Source of the DNA: an uncultured bacterium
Lineage (GTDB): Bacteria > Auribacterota > JAFGBW01
Assembly (NCBI GenBank): GCA_964443875.1
Contig: CAYUET010000010.1
Location: forward strand, 11,046 to 75,045
Reading direction: 5' to 3'
DNA: 64,000 bases
How positions within the stretch are numbered: the first letter of the stretch is position 1; the number at the start of each line of letters is the position of its first letter. The position numbers and the translations under genes were made by a program. Below, one piece after another: positions 8,313-19,750 of the stretch. Below the pieces are notes generated by a model. It did no database searches and had not been told where the DNA came from. It saw only the letters and a program-made list of their open reading frames with translations.

Positions 8313-9173
8313 ATGAGAGAGAAACTTTTAAGGCATTGTGTAGCGTTTATCGATGACGATGAAGATCTTTTGGCCTTTTTAAAACATGCGGTGGAGACTC
8401 AGGGGATTGAATGCCATTGTTATTCGGGCGGAGATAAAGCGCTTGAGGAGATAGAGGACGTTTATCCCGGAATAGTGTTCATCGATTACCGCCTGGTTGA
8501 AGGTGACGGAATCACCCTGATGAAAAAGATAAAGGAACTTCTTCCTTTTTCCGTGCTGATCATGCTGACCGGTGAAGGCAATGAAATGGTTGCCGTTCAG
8601 TCCATTAAATCCGGGGCTGAAGATTACCTGGTTAAGCCCGTGGATAACGCCCTTCTGATTGAAATCATGTATAACTACTTTAAAAAATTTCTTTCGGCAG
8701 TGCTGGAACTCAATGAAAAATATATTTATCCCTTGAATGACAATGCACTGGCCCGTTATGAATTCCTGCGCTGCGTTTATTCCGGAAAAGTCAAAAGCAT
8801 CCGGGAAGCCTGCTGTTTTTTTAATTTCAGCCGTCAGGATTTTTATAATTATGAAAAGCGTTTCAAATTATATGGCCCTCTGGGACTGCTTAAGAAAAAG
8901 GATTTTGAAAAGCTGCTGGAGCCTCCCAAAAAAGTTCCAAAAGAGAAAATGGTCACTTTTGAAGATTTTCTGGATATGAACGATCCGGTTCAGCAGAGAA
9001 TCGAAATGTTCAGGGAAGCAGCCACTGCTGCTAAACCCAACATCTGTGACATCAGTGAAAAGCATTCTTTTACCCGTGAATCTTTTTATCAGATCTATCA
9101 GCGGTTTAAAGTCGAAGGGGTTATGGGGCTGACAGAGAGGAAAAAAGGAAGACCGACTTTAAAGGAATCTTGA
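8313..9173 (+). CDS. Response regulator: receiver domain fused to two tandem transposase-type HTH modules
   Basis: The REC motifs are FIDDDED, FIDYRLVEGDG and YLVKPV. The C-terminal half carries two repeats that resemble the N-terminal HTH of IS481/IS630-like transposases, ending ...YEKRFKLYGPLGLL and ...YQRFKVEGVMGLTERKKGRP. Confidence 0.75.
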   Translation: MREKLLRHCVAFIDDDEDLLAFLKHAVETQGIECHCYSGGDKALEEIEDVYPGIVFIDYRLVEGDGITLMKKIKELLPFSVLIMLTGEGNEMVAVQSIKSGAEDYLVKPVDNALLIEIMYNYFKKFLSAVLELNEKYIYPLNDNALARYEFLRCVYSGKVKSIREACCFFNFSRQDFYNYEKRFKLYGPLGLLKKKDFEKLLEPPKKVPKEKMVTFEDFLDMNDPVQQRIEMFREAATAAKPNICDISEKHSFTRESFYQIYQRFKVEGVMGLTERKKGRPTLKES

Positions 9174-10660
9174 AAACGGAAATCGTTATTGCCAATTCTT
9201 TGGGGATCACTCGTCAGGGAAAGTATCTTATCCATTCCCCCTCCCGATGGTCTGAAACCGTGGATCAGAAAGAACGGCATTTTGTCTATTACCCCTTTTT
9301 TCTCGGATATCTTTCCAGTCTTCTTAAGAAATATACGGATTTTTCCGTGCGTATGGTGGACGGCTGCCTTTCAGGCAGGAACGGACACAGCTATCTTTCA
9401 GAACTTCAGGAATTAAAGCCCTCATTTCTTGTGATGGAGCCGGCCTCTCTTGTTTACCGGGAGAATCTTGAAGTGGCCCTGGCGTTGAAAAAAGAGGTTG
9501 GAACACGCCTTCTGTTTGCAGGTCCTCATGCCTCTCTTTTTCCCATACAGGTTTTGAAAGAGGGTGTGGATGATGTTTTTACAGGGCAGTATGATCAGAG
9601 TCTTCTGGATTTTTTCTGTCGGAAAAATTTTAATACCGGCCAGCATCTGTGGCCCTCCCTGAAAAATATTTCTTTTCAGGATTATCCCTGGCCTGAGGAT
9701 TCGGATGTCAGCCGCCTTGCATATGCCCTGCCCGGTGAGCCCTCTTCCGACTTCCGTGAGATTCAGATTTATGCCTCGCGGGGATGCGGGGGGCGATGCG
9801 GATTCTGCGTGGCCAAACAGGTCTACTATCCGGGAAGAGCTTATGAAAACCGCAGGCCTCATGACGTTCTCTCTGAAATGCTTCATCTTAAAAAGAAATA
9901 TCCGGAGCTTGAGGGATTTTTTTTCGACGAAGAGGATCATTTCGGGAATCCCGGCTTTAACCGTGAACTGGCAGAACTGCTCGCCGCCAGGGGGGCGCCT
10001 TTTCACATTGAAGCATTGGGACGGATCCAGGGCGTCAACGATGAACTTTTTCCGCTTTTGAAAAAAGCCGGTTACTATAAGCTGCGGGTGGGGGTGGAGT
10101 CTCTGGATGCGGATATTCAGAGGAGGCTTGGAACGAAAGTAAACCGTGAGGCTTTTGAGCGTTTCGCAGTGCAATGCCGGAATCACGGATTTGATTTGTA
10201 TGCCTCTTTTCAGGTGGGGCTGCCGGGCTCAACGGCTCAGAAAGACCTTGAGACTTTAAGTTTTTTAAAGCGTTATCTGAAAAAAGGATGGATTTCCAAT
10301 CTCCAGGTTTCCCTGTTCACCCCTTTTCCCGGAACTCCTTTTTTTCATCTGCTGAAAAAACAGGACGGGCTGGAAAGTTTCAATTTTGAGGATTATAACG
10401 GAGGAAAACAAAGTGTTGTCAACTGGAAGGGGTATTCCCATCAGGAGATGGAAAAGGTTTTTGAGGCTTATCTGGAAACCCGTGACCATATCCAGCTTGT
10501 ACGGAGGGTTAAAAATTTTTCCGCCATGAGCTGGGTTGCCGGAAAAATCAAAAAACACGGGTTTCGTAAAAGCATTGAAAAAGTCAGTCACCGGCTGAAG
10601 AGTGAATGGCGTTATTTTTCAAAAAAAATAACGGCAAAGACGGAGATGCCGAGGCTGTGA
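9170..10660 (+). CDS. B12-binding-domain radical SAM protein
   Basis: The N-terminal region is Rossmann-like and cobalamin-domain-like. The SRGCGGRCGFC motif is the CxxxCxxC radical SAM cluster. The TTG start forms a TTGA overlap with the upstream stop. Confidence 0.8.
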   Translation: MKTEIVIANSLGITRQGKYLIHSPSRWSETVDQKERHFVYYPFFLGYLSSLLKKYTDFSVRMVDGCLSGRNGHSYLSELQELKPSFLVMEPASLVYRENLEVALALKKEVGTRLLFAGPHASLFPIQVLKEGVDDVFTGQYDQSLLDFFCRKNFNTGQHLWPSLKNISFQDYPWPEDSDVSRLAYALPGEPSSDFREIQIYASRGCGGRCGFCVAKQVYYPGRAYENRRPHDVLSEMLHLKKKYPELEGFFFDEEDHFGNPGFNRELAELLAARGAPFHIEALGRIQGVNDELFPLLKKAGYYKLRVGVESLDADIQRRLGTKVNREAFERFAVQCRNHGFDLYASFQVGLPGSTAQKDLETLSFLKRYLKKGWISNLQVSLFTPFPGTPFFHLLKKQDGLESFNFEDYNGGKQSVVNWKGYSHQEMEKVFEAYLETRDHIQLVRRVKNFSAMSWVAGKIKKHGFRKSIEKVSHRLKSEWRYFSKKITAKTEMPRL

Positions 10661-11499
10661 TTCCCGTATCCCTCATCATTCCCTGCTGCAATGTGCTGCG
10701 TTTTTTGAAACCGCTGACGGAATGTCTCCGGGCCCAGACCTTCAGGGACTTTGAATGGATTGTGGTCAATAATGGCTCTACAGACGGGACAGAGGAATGG
10801 CTCCGGGAATGTGATATGAAGCCTAAACCCTGGATCATCAATCATTGTGAAAATTTCGGATATGCGGTTGCCGTGAACAGAGCGATCGGGCAGGCCCTTT
10901 CGGAAAACATAGTGGTTCTGAATGCGGATCTGACTTTTGAAGCGGATTTTCTTGAAAACATTGTTTCTGCTTTTAAAAATAATCCGCAGATGGAAGTGGC
11001 CTCCCTGAAGGTTTTGAGCCGGGAAGGAGATAAAATTGAATCAGCCGGAGTAAGCCTCACCCCCTTTTTACGTGCGAAAAATGAGACCGTCCCTGAAAAG
11101 ATTTTAGGCCCTCAGGGTGCCGCTTTTGCTTTCAGGAAATCCCTCATTAAAAAAATTCAGATTCCTCATGGTCTGCTGTATGACGAACGTTATTTTTTCC
11201 TGTGGGAGGATGTTGAGCTGGCCTTGCGCCTTAAAAGGCTAGATATTCAGACTTTTTTTCTGGAAAAGGTGCAGTGCCGCCATTGGGGGAATGCTTCCCG
11301 CAGCCGCTATTTTTATAAACAGTATTTAAGCCTGCGGAACAGATTTTTTTTGATCCGGACTTATTATCCCCGTTATTATTGTCAATATTTTCATGTCATT
11401 TTATTATATGATATTCCCCGTTTTATTTTTTTTATGATTTTTAATCCCAACAGGCTCAAAATTCTCAAGGACCTGAGAATGCTTTTTTATTCCTTTTGA
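10657..11499 (+). CDS. Family 2 glycosyltransferase
   Basis: VSLIIPCCN, VVNNGSTDGT, LNADL and WEDVEL are GT-A/GT2 motifs. The track start is 10606. I prefer GTG 10657, which forms a GTGA overlap with the radical SAM stop. Confidence 0.7.
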   Translation: MIPVSLIIPCCNVLRFLKPLTECLRAQTFRDFEWIVVNNGSTDGTEEWLRECDMKPKPWIINHCENFGYAVAVNRAIGQALSENIVVLNADLTFEADFLENIVSAFKNNPQMEVASLKVLSREGDKIESAGVSLTPFLRAKNETVPEKILGPQGAAFAFRKSLIKKIQIPHGLLYDERYFFLWEDVELALRLKRLDIQTFFLEKVQCRHWGNASRSRYFYKQYLSLRNRFFLIRTYYPRYYCQYFHVILLYDIPRFIFFMIFNPNRLKILKDLRMLFYSF

Positions 11500-11563
11500 C
11501 AACCCTGTTGATATTCATGTATTTTTGTGACAGGTTATAAAATTTAAGGAAAGGAATTGTGCG

Positions 11564-11836
11564 ATGGCTATGGAGGAAAATGAACTGTTCACGAAAAAGG
11601 TTCACGCAGGAAGCAGGATTTATTTTTTTGATGTGAAGGAGAATTCCGAAGGAACGCTGTATCTGACCATAACGGAAAATAAATTTCAGGCGGAAAACGA
11701 AAAACCCGAGCGCTTCCGTATTTTAATATATGAAGATAAACTGAAAGATTTTGTCGACGGATTCAGGGATACCCTGGACTACATTAAAAGCCAGATGTTT
11801 AACCTTGATGACGGCAGCGACCCTCATAACCGGTAA
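11564..11836 (+). CDS. Bacterial Pur-alpha-like (PUR repeat, DUF3276-type) nucleic-acid-binding protein
   Basis: HAGSRIYFFDVKENSEGTLYLTITE...ERFRILIYEDKLKDFVDGF fits the single-PUR-repeat proteins of Bacteroidota and Spirochaetes. Confidence 0.55.
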   Translation: MAMEENELFTKKVHAGSRIYFFDVKENSEGTLYLTITENKFQAENEKPERFRILIYEDKLKDFVDGFRDTLDYIKSQMFNLDDGSDPHNR

Positions 11837-11851
11837 ATTACCCGGTTTTTT
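11828..11851 (+). terminator. Rho-independent terminator after the Pur-alpha-like gene
   Basis: AACCGG (11828-33) pairs with CCGGTT (11842-47) across an 8 nt loop, and the second arm runs into a T-run. Confidence 0.45.
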
Positions 11852-11852
11852 A

Positions 11853-12817
11853 TTATTGAAGCACACGCAGCCTTGCCCAAAGCTCATGGGCCGGCAGACG
11901 ATTTTTGGGATCGGTGTCCATGCACAGCTCAACGGTATGAATCAGAGAATCCGGGATGTTTAGGTTGAAGTCCTTCAGATTTTTCGGGGTTTCAAACATC
12001 TTGGCCAGAATATCCGATGACGTAAAGGGGTGTTCCCCGGTGAGGGAGTAAAAAAGGCATACTCCCAGAGAATAGATATCGCTTTTGCCGGTGACGTTTT
12101 CACCCTGGATCTGCTCCGGGGAAGCATAGACCGGAGACCCCACACTGGAGTAAGTGAAGACGGCTTTGGAGTTCAGCATTTTTGCAATTCCGAAGTCAAT
12201 GATTTTGGAAACCTGGTTCAGGGTGATGAAAATATTGGACGGCTTGATATCGCGGTGGACAAGGCCGTTGGAATGGATGTGCTGAAGCGCCCTGGCAATC
12301 TGCGTCCCGATTTTTACGGTTTCAGAAATATGCAGTTTTTTTTCCCGGTCGATTTTATCCTGCAGGGACTCCCCCTCAAGGAAATCCATGGCATAGTAAT
12401 AAAGCTGATCTGTTTTTCCGACGTCAAAAATGCGCACGATATTGGGATGATTCATGGTCTGGATGATCTGGCATTCCTGAAGGAACATCTCCACCACACC
12501 AGTATCGTTCATAAGCTCCGGAAGAATGGTTTTAATGGCCACGGTTCTTTTGCGTTCCTTGTCATAGGCTTTGGCAATAAGTCCCATGCCACCTTTTTCA
12601 ATGACCTGGATATCCTTGTAGTTGTGGGCAAGGGAATTGATCATCTTCCGCAGGAGCTCTACATATTTATCTTTGAGATCCGGGATTTCCTTCTGCATTT
12701 CTTTTGGAATGGTGGGCGTTTTTTCCCTCTGGGGTGAAGTCAGCTTTTTTTTCCGCTTAAAAAAATAAACAGGGGCAGAAATCAGGAGAAGAAAAAGAGT
12801 AAAGATGAGAATAGCCA

Positions 12818-12818
<1 letters not shown>
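11853..12818 (-). CDS. Ser/Thr protein kinase (Hanks type) with a single N-terminal TM anchor
   Basis: GMGLIAKA, VAIK, HRDIKPSN, DFG and SPEQ motifs are present. The first 20 residues are hydrophobic, followed by KRKKK. Confidence 0.85.
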
Positions 12819-14805
<1,987 letters not shown>

Positions 14806-14823
14806 TCAAGTAACGCTGGTTTA

Positions 14824-15957
14824 ATGTTTTATTCGAAAAGCATAGGTCTCTATATTCATATTCCATTCTGTATTCAGATTTGCCGTTATTGCGACTTTAC
14901 CAGAGTAAGACGTTCGGAGGTTTCCCGCGAATTTCTGGATCAATATCATCAAGCCCTTCTAACTGAAATTAAGTTTTTATTCAACACTTATGACATTCAA
15001 AATTTATCTTCGGTCTATTTTGGCGGCGGAACGCCTTCCCTGTACCCCAAAGAAAAATTAGAGGAGATTTTAAACCTTCTCAGACCTTATCATTCCGGAA
15101 ATATTGAAATCACCCTTGAAGCAGATCCCAAAACAATCCGTAAACATTCCCTGGTTCAGCTTAAAAATATGGGAATCAACCGGATTTCCATCGGGGCTCA
15201 GAGTTTTAATCCACGGGCCCTTAAACAGCTGGGACGCTATCATGAACCCCATGATATTTTTGAATGCTATCAGGATTGCAGAGAGGCAGGATTTAAAAAT
15301 CTTTCCATGGATCTGATGTTTGGGATTCCTGATCAGACGCTTTCAGAATGGAATTCGGATCTCCAGACTCTGATTGGATTAACCCCGGAACATATTTCCC
15401 TGTATAATCTTACCCTTGCGAGGGGGACTCCTTTTTACCGGGAAAGAAAGGGGCTCTCCTTTCCCGGTGAAAAAGATCAGGTCCGGATGTACAGGCAGTC
15501 TCATTTTTTTCTTGTGGAAAAGGGATATGAGCATTATGAAATATCTAATTTTTCAAAAAAGGGATATGCTTCCTCTCATAATACGGATTTCTGGAATTTT
15601 AAACCCTATCTGGGAATCGGAGCCGGGGCGAGTTCTTTTATTCCTCCCCGAAGATGGGAAAACCTTCATTCTCCCGTAAAATATATTCAGCAGGTCTCCG
15701 TCCATGGCCGGGGTACTCAGAAGCTTCACCGTTTAACACTTCAGGAAATAAAATCCGAGTATATCATTTTACAGTTGAGAAAAACTCTGGGATTGAATAA
15801 AAAGACCTACGTCAGCCTTTTTAACTCATTGCCGGAAGAGGATTTCCCTGGCCTTCTGGATGAGGAGATCAGATCTTTAATCCTTTTTAAAAAGAGAATA
15901 AGATTAAATTTAAGGGGAATGATTTTAAGCAATGAAGTTTTTCAGAGGCTCGTTTAA
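14824..15957 (+). CDS. hemW: Radical SAM heme chaperone HemW (HemN-like, oxygen-independent coproporphyrinogen oxidase family)
   Basis: LYIHIPFCIQICRYCDF, GGGTPS and HISLYNLT motifs are present. The start is ATG 14824, or 14788. Confidence 0.85.
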   Translation: MFYSKSIGLYIHIPFCIQICRYCDFTRVRRSEVSREFLDQYHQALLTEIKFLFNTYDIQNLSSVYFGGGTPSLYPKEKLEEILNLLRPYHSGNIEITLEADPKTIRKHSLVQLKNMGINRISIGAQSFNPRALKQLGRYHEPHDIFECYQDCREAGFKNLSMDLMFGIPDQTLSEWNSDLQTLIGLTPEHISLYNLTLARGTPFYRERKGLSFPGEKDQVRMYRQSHFFLVEKGYEHYEISNFSKKGYASSHNTDFWNFKPYLGIGAGASSFIPPRRWENLHSPVKYIQQVSVHGRGTQKLHRLTLQEIKSEYIILQLRKTLGLNKKTYVSLFNSLPEEDFPGLLDEEIRSLILFKKRIRLNLRGMILSNEVFQRLV

Positions 15958-18655
15958 ATTCTTTATTATCCCTGTTTTTATATTCGCAGCAGAGTTTAAA
16001 ATTTTTGCCCAGGCTGAACCGGATATTCCGGAAGAGATCCAAAGGATAGCAGATCAGATACTTTCGGATATAAAGGAATCAGCCCCCCAGTACGGAAGCT
16101 GGGAGGATTTTCAGGCAATGAGGCAGGTTCACAAGGATACTGCTTCAGGCCTTTTTTTTCCTCTTTTGTGGACGCGTGACAAGGTTTATGTTTGCTGGCA
16201 ATCTCCCCGGGGACTTTTTATGCTTGCGTGGGAAAAAGAGGACTCCAGGTCAAAAAAGGGAACCCGCAGTTATTCCGGGCTTCTCATGCCTGCAGATTTT
16301 GACAGTCTCCTCCTGAAAGACCCTTTTCTTTTTGAAAAGGCGGTTTTAAGCGAAGGGTTTCTCAAGATATGGATCCCTGACCTTCCTCCCTCTGTCCGGG
16401 AAACTGCGAATTTAAAAACGCTTCAATCCTATCTTTTTGGAATTGCAAAACCCGTAAAAAATTATACTCTTGCCGCGGTGATCGGAGAGGACCGGTTTTT
16501 TCCGGATCTTACGGAAGAGGATCATGAACTCCGGTTTCTTCATCTCCCCCTGATTCATTTTACCACCTCCGAAAACCGCAGGCTCAGCTTCTGCAAGGTT
16601 GAGGATCCCGGGCTTTTAAAGAAACTGCCTTTACTTCTCAACAATTACTGGGCAGACACAGAAATGAAGCTTTTCTTTAATCATACTTTTATCTTCAAAG
16701 AGAAGGGACTCAAGGCCGCTGTTTATAAAGAAGAACAATTTTATGAGGAGCTCAAGGCCATTCTTCAAGAGGTTTCCCAGAAATATGATTTTACCAATAT
16801 TCCGAAACAGTATCTCACACCCTTGCGCATCAATATCGTCAATTTTCTGGTTTCCAACGGAATTTATTCCCTTGAGGCCCTGAAAAAAGAGGATACTTTT
16901 TTTAAACTCAAGATTGCTGAGCGCTTTTGCTCGGCCAAAACCACCGCCTTTTTCAGAGACTGGCGGGAGATGAAATATCTCCATAAATGGTGGGCAGAGC
17001 GCTCCAGAACAGCAGAGGAGGAGGGCCGGCCGGTCAGGATCAAGATTTACGGATGCTCGACCGGTCAGGAAATTCTTTCTTATGCCATGGAGCTTTTCAG
17101 TCTGGGAATCAATAATTTTAAAATTCTGGCTTCGGATATCGATCCCAAAATGATTGCGGAGGCCTCTGAAATGACCTATTCCGAGGACAAATTCTCCACC
17201 CTGACCTTCAAACAATATGACCAGATGATGACGGAGTTTTTTGAAAAAAATGAGGAAGGCCTCTGCCAGCTCAAATATAAAAAATTTTTTGAAGACCGGA
17301 TTCAGTTCATTGTCCAGGATGTCACTCAGCCTTTACCGGCAGATCTTTCTTTAGAATACGGACCCCCCTATGATTGTATTTCTGTTAAAAATGTTTTCCT
17401 TTACCTGGATCAGGATTCCGTGGCAAAAGCGAGCGGGATCATCCAGACTTCCCTGGCTCCCGGCGGGCTCACGGTGATCTGGGATAAGGAATACCAGGCC
17501 TCCCGGCTTGCAGAACTCGGTTTAATCGATCTTATTCTTCTTTCCGATACCATCGCTCTCAAGCCTCCCGCCGTAGAGAGTGAGCTTACTTTTTATTATG
17601 AGCTCTTTTCCAATCCTTTTCCTCCTCCTTCTGCCGCCATTCATTTTTTCAAGTATTCCCGGAAACATAACCTGTTTGAAGAGGCCTCTTATTTTAAAAC
17701 TCAATCCATGAAGAAATCGCCCCTCACGTTTTCCCTTCTGGACATTAAATTTGAAGAGGCCCTTGAAGCAAAAGATGCCCGGGAGGCTGAAGATACTCTT
17801 GAAGCCCTTTTATTTCTGGAACCGAGGCGGTATTATTCTTATTATGTACGCTACTGCAACCAGTTTCCAAACCGATTCTATGCCAGGAAAAAGGATTTTC
17901 AGGCGCTGAAAAGATTTTATCCGATCCTTATTTCCCCCGATTACTCGGGCTTGAGTGAGCAGGCAATGAAGAAAGAGCTTCTGGGGCTCAACTTCAAGGG
18001 GGATCTCGAGCCTGTGATTGTTATCACTTCTATTCTCTCTTACAGAGATTTGGGAAGAATCAGCAAACTTTCGCCTTCCGAAGATGGAAGATGGATTAAG
18101 TTCAGTATTCAGATGCTGGCGGAGTTATGGGAGAATCATCCCAAGAATCCCTTGATTGCGGATATCGTCTATCAGATAGCCCACAATTATTATTCCCTTT
18201 CAGGAAAATTGATTTTAAAAGAATATTTTCCCGGGCTCGAAAAACAGCTTGCGGAATCCCTTTCCCGGATGGACATTACAAAACTCTCCCCTGTAGGCAG
18301 AATCTGCGCAGGAAGAATGATTCTTTTTTATGCCTTAAATTTGAAAGACACTGAAAGCAGGGGAAATTTCCTTCAGCTGGCCGTTCAACTATGTTCTCTG
18401 GATGAGCGTCAAAGGGATGCCTTATGGGAGCATCAATACTCGGAATCCTTTGCTGTACCAGGTTTTGCATACAGTGAAATGGCTAAACAAAAAGGCGGTT
18501 TTTTCACCAGGGATCAGAAAAAAGAGTATCTGACAAAAGCCCTGGAGTGTTTTGATCAGGTGCTTTCTGTAAAAACGGTTTATGCTCCCACGGATTTAAA
18601 TTTGCGCAATCAGACCAAATCCTATCTGGAAACTCTGGAAAAAGAGCAGCCCTGA
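15932..18655 (+). CDS. Large signal-peptide protein with a central CheR-type SAM-dependent methyltransferase domain and a helical repeat C-terminus
   Basis: The N-terminus MKFFRGSFKFFIIPVFIFAAEFKIFAQA/EP looks like a Sec signal with an AxA site. TTAFFRD, IKIYGCSTGQEILSYAMEL, ILASDIDPKMI and DCISVKNVFLYL match the CheR fold motifs. It overlaps hemW by 26 nt. Confidence 0.65.
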   Translation: MKFFRGSFKFFIIPVFIFAAEFKIFAQAEPDIPEEIQRIADQILSDIKESAPQYGSWEDFQAMRQVHKDTASGLFFPLLWTRDKVYVCWQSPRGLFMLAWEKEDSRSKKGTRSYSGLLMPADFDSLLLKDPFLFEKAVLSEGFLKIWIPDLPPSVRETANLKTLQSYLFGIAKPVKNYTLAAVIGEDRFFPDLTEEDHELRFLHLPLIHFTTSENRRLSFCKVEDPGLLKKLPLLLNNYWADTEMKLFFNHTFIFKEKGLKAAVYKEEQFYEELKAILQEVSQKYDFTNIPKQYLTPLRINIVNFLVSNGIYSLEALKKEDTFFKLKIAERFCSAKTTAFFRDWREMKYLHKWWAERSRTAEEEGRPVRIKIYGCSTGQEILSYAMELFSLGINNFKILASDIDPKMIAEASEMTYSEDKFSTLTFKQYDQMMTEFFEKNEEGLCQLKYKKFFEDRIQFIVQDVTQPLPADLSLEYGPPYDCISVKNVFLYLDQDSVAKASGIIQTSLAPGGLTVIWDKEYQASRLAELGLIDLILLSDTIALKPPAVESELTFYYELFSNPFPPPSAAIHFFKYSRKHNLFEEASYFKTQSMKKSPLTFSLLDIKFEEALEAKDAREAEDTLEALLFLEPRRYYSYYVRYCNQFPNRFYARKKDFQALKRFYPILISPDYSGLSEQAMKKELLGLNFKGDLEPVIVITSILSYRDLGRISKLSPSEDGRWIKFSIQMLAELWENHPKNPLIADIVYQIAHNYYSLSGKLILKEYFPGLEKQLAESLSRMDITKLSPVGRICAGRMILFYALNLKDTESRGNFLQLAVQLCSLDERQRDALWEHQYSESFAVPGFAYSEMAKQKGGFFTRDQKKEYLTKALECFDQVLSVKTVYAPTDLNLRNQTKSYLETLEKEQP

Positions 18656-18729
18656 TTTTTCACGTCTTGACGAATGTTTGGGGAAAGGGGATTCACGGCA
18701 AGCCATGTCTTCACCTGAAAACAGCCGGC

Positions 18730-19698
18730 TTATTCTTTGACTAAATCCAGAAGTCCGATGTTGACAAGATCTTTAAGGTCGAGCTGTCCCAGGGGTTTTT
18801 TCCCCTCATCCAAAACAGGCAGCTGGCCGATCATGAATTTTTTCATAATCCCTACCGCTTCAAGGGCACAAAGATTTTCATCCACAAATTTTGGATTTTT
18901 AATCATGACCTCTTTGACTTTAAGATCCACAGAAGAGGATTTATTGAGAAGTCTTCTTAAATCACCGTCCGTGAAAATTCCGGAAAGCTGACCGCTGGAG
19001 TCGGTTAAAAGAGCGGCTCCGGCTCTTGCTTCAGAAATGGCCAAAAGGACCTCCTTCACGGTTTTTTCCTGGGACATAACGGGATTTCGTTCTTTTGAAC
19101 GCATGACCTCTTTGACGGTAAGGAGCTTTTTTCCAAGGCTTCCGCCCGGATGAAAAAAGGCATATTTTCGCTCATCAAAATTTTTCACCCTCAGAAGCAC
19201 AATGGCAAGGGCATCCCCCAGAGCTATCATGGCGGTTGTGGAGGTCGTCGGAGCAAGCCCCATGGGACAGGCTTCCCTGACATTTCCTATTTCTAAAACA
19301 ATATCCGCATTTCGGCCCAGAGTGGAAGTGCGGGAGCGGGTGATGGCAATGATTTTGTTTTCCATGACCCTGAGCATGGGAAGGAGCCTTACTATTTCTT
19401 CGGTTTCACCGCCGAAAGACATGAGAATGACAATATCTTCCCTGCAGAGCATTCCGAAATCGCCGTGAATCGCTTCTGCGGGATGCATGAAGAAGGCGGG
19501 GGTGCCGGTGGAGGAGAGGGTTGCTGCAATCTTGGTTCCGACAAGCCCTGCTTTTCCCATTCCGGAAATCACCACATGATGTGTGCAGTTTTTAATGAGA
19601 TCAACGGCCTGATTAAAGCCGTCGTCTAAGACTTCGGAAAGGAGGGAAAGACCTTCCTTTTCTTTTTCAATAATTTCTTTTGCTTCTTCAAGGTACAT
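18730..19698 (-). CDS. kpsF: Arabinose-5-phosphate isomerase (SIS plus tandem CBS domains)
   Basis: VISGMGKAG, SFGGET and two CBS repeats give the KpsF/GutQ architecture. Confidence 0.9.
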   Translation of the reverse strand: MYLEEAKEIIEKEKEGLSLLSEVLDDGFNQAVDLIKNCTHHVVISGMGKAGLVGTKIAATLSSTGTPAFFMHPAEAIHGDFGMLCREDIVILMSFGGETEEIVRLLPMLRVMENKIIAITRSRTSTLGRNADIVLEIGNVREACPMGLAPTTSTTAMIALGDALAIVLLRVKNFDERKYAFFHPGGSLGKKLLTVKEVMRSKERNPVMSQEKTVKEVLLAISEARAGAALLTDSSGQLSGIFTDGDLRRLLNKSSSVDLKVKEVMIKNPKFVDENLCALEAVGIMKKFMIGQLPVLDEGKKPLGQLDLKDLVNIGLLDLVKE

Positions 19699-19750
19699 GA
19701 AGTAATTTCTATACTTTCAGAATTCAGAAATAAAGGATAAAATAAAAACG

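Noticed and set aside
9422-10186. Long antisense ORFs opposite well-supported genes: 254 aa opposite the radical SAM gene, 12030-12737 opposite the kinase, 20870-21643 opposite rpsA, 40772-41422 opposite the permease and 16631-17215 opposite the CheR-like gene.
   Set aside because: Each lies fully inside a gene with clear family motifs on the other strand. Their translations are low-complexity with no recognisable motifs. This is the typical shadow-ORF effect of codon bias.
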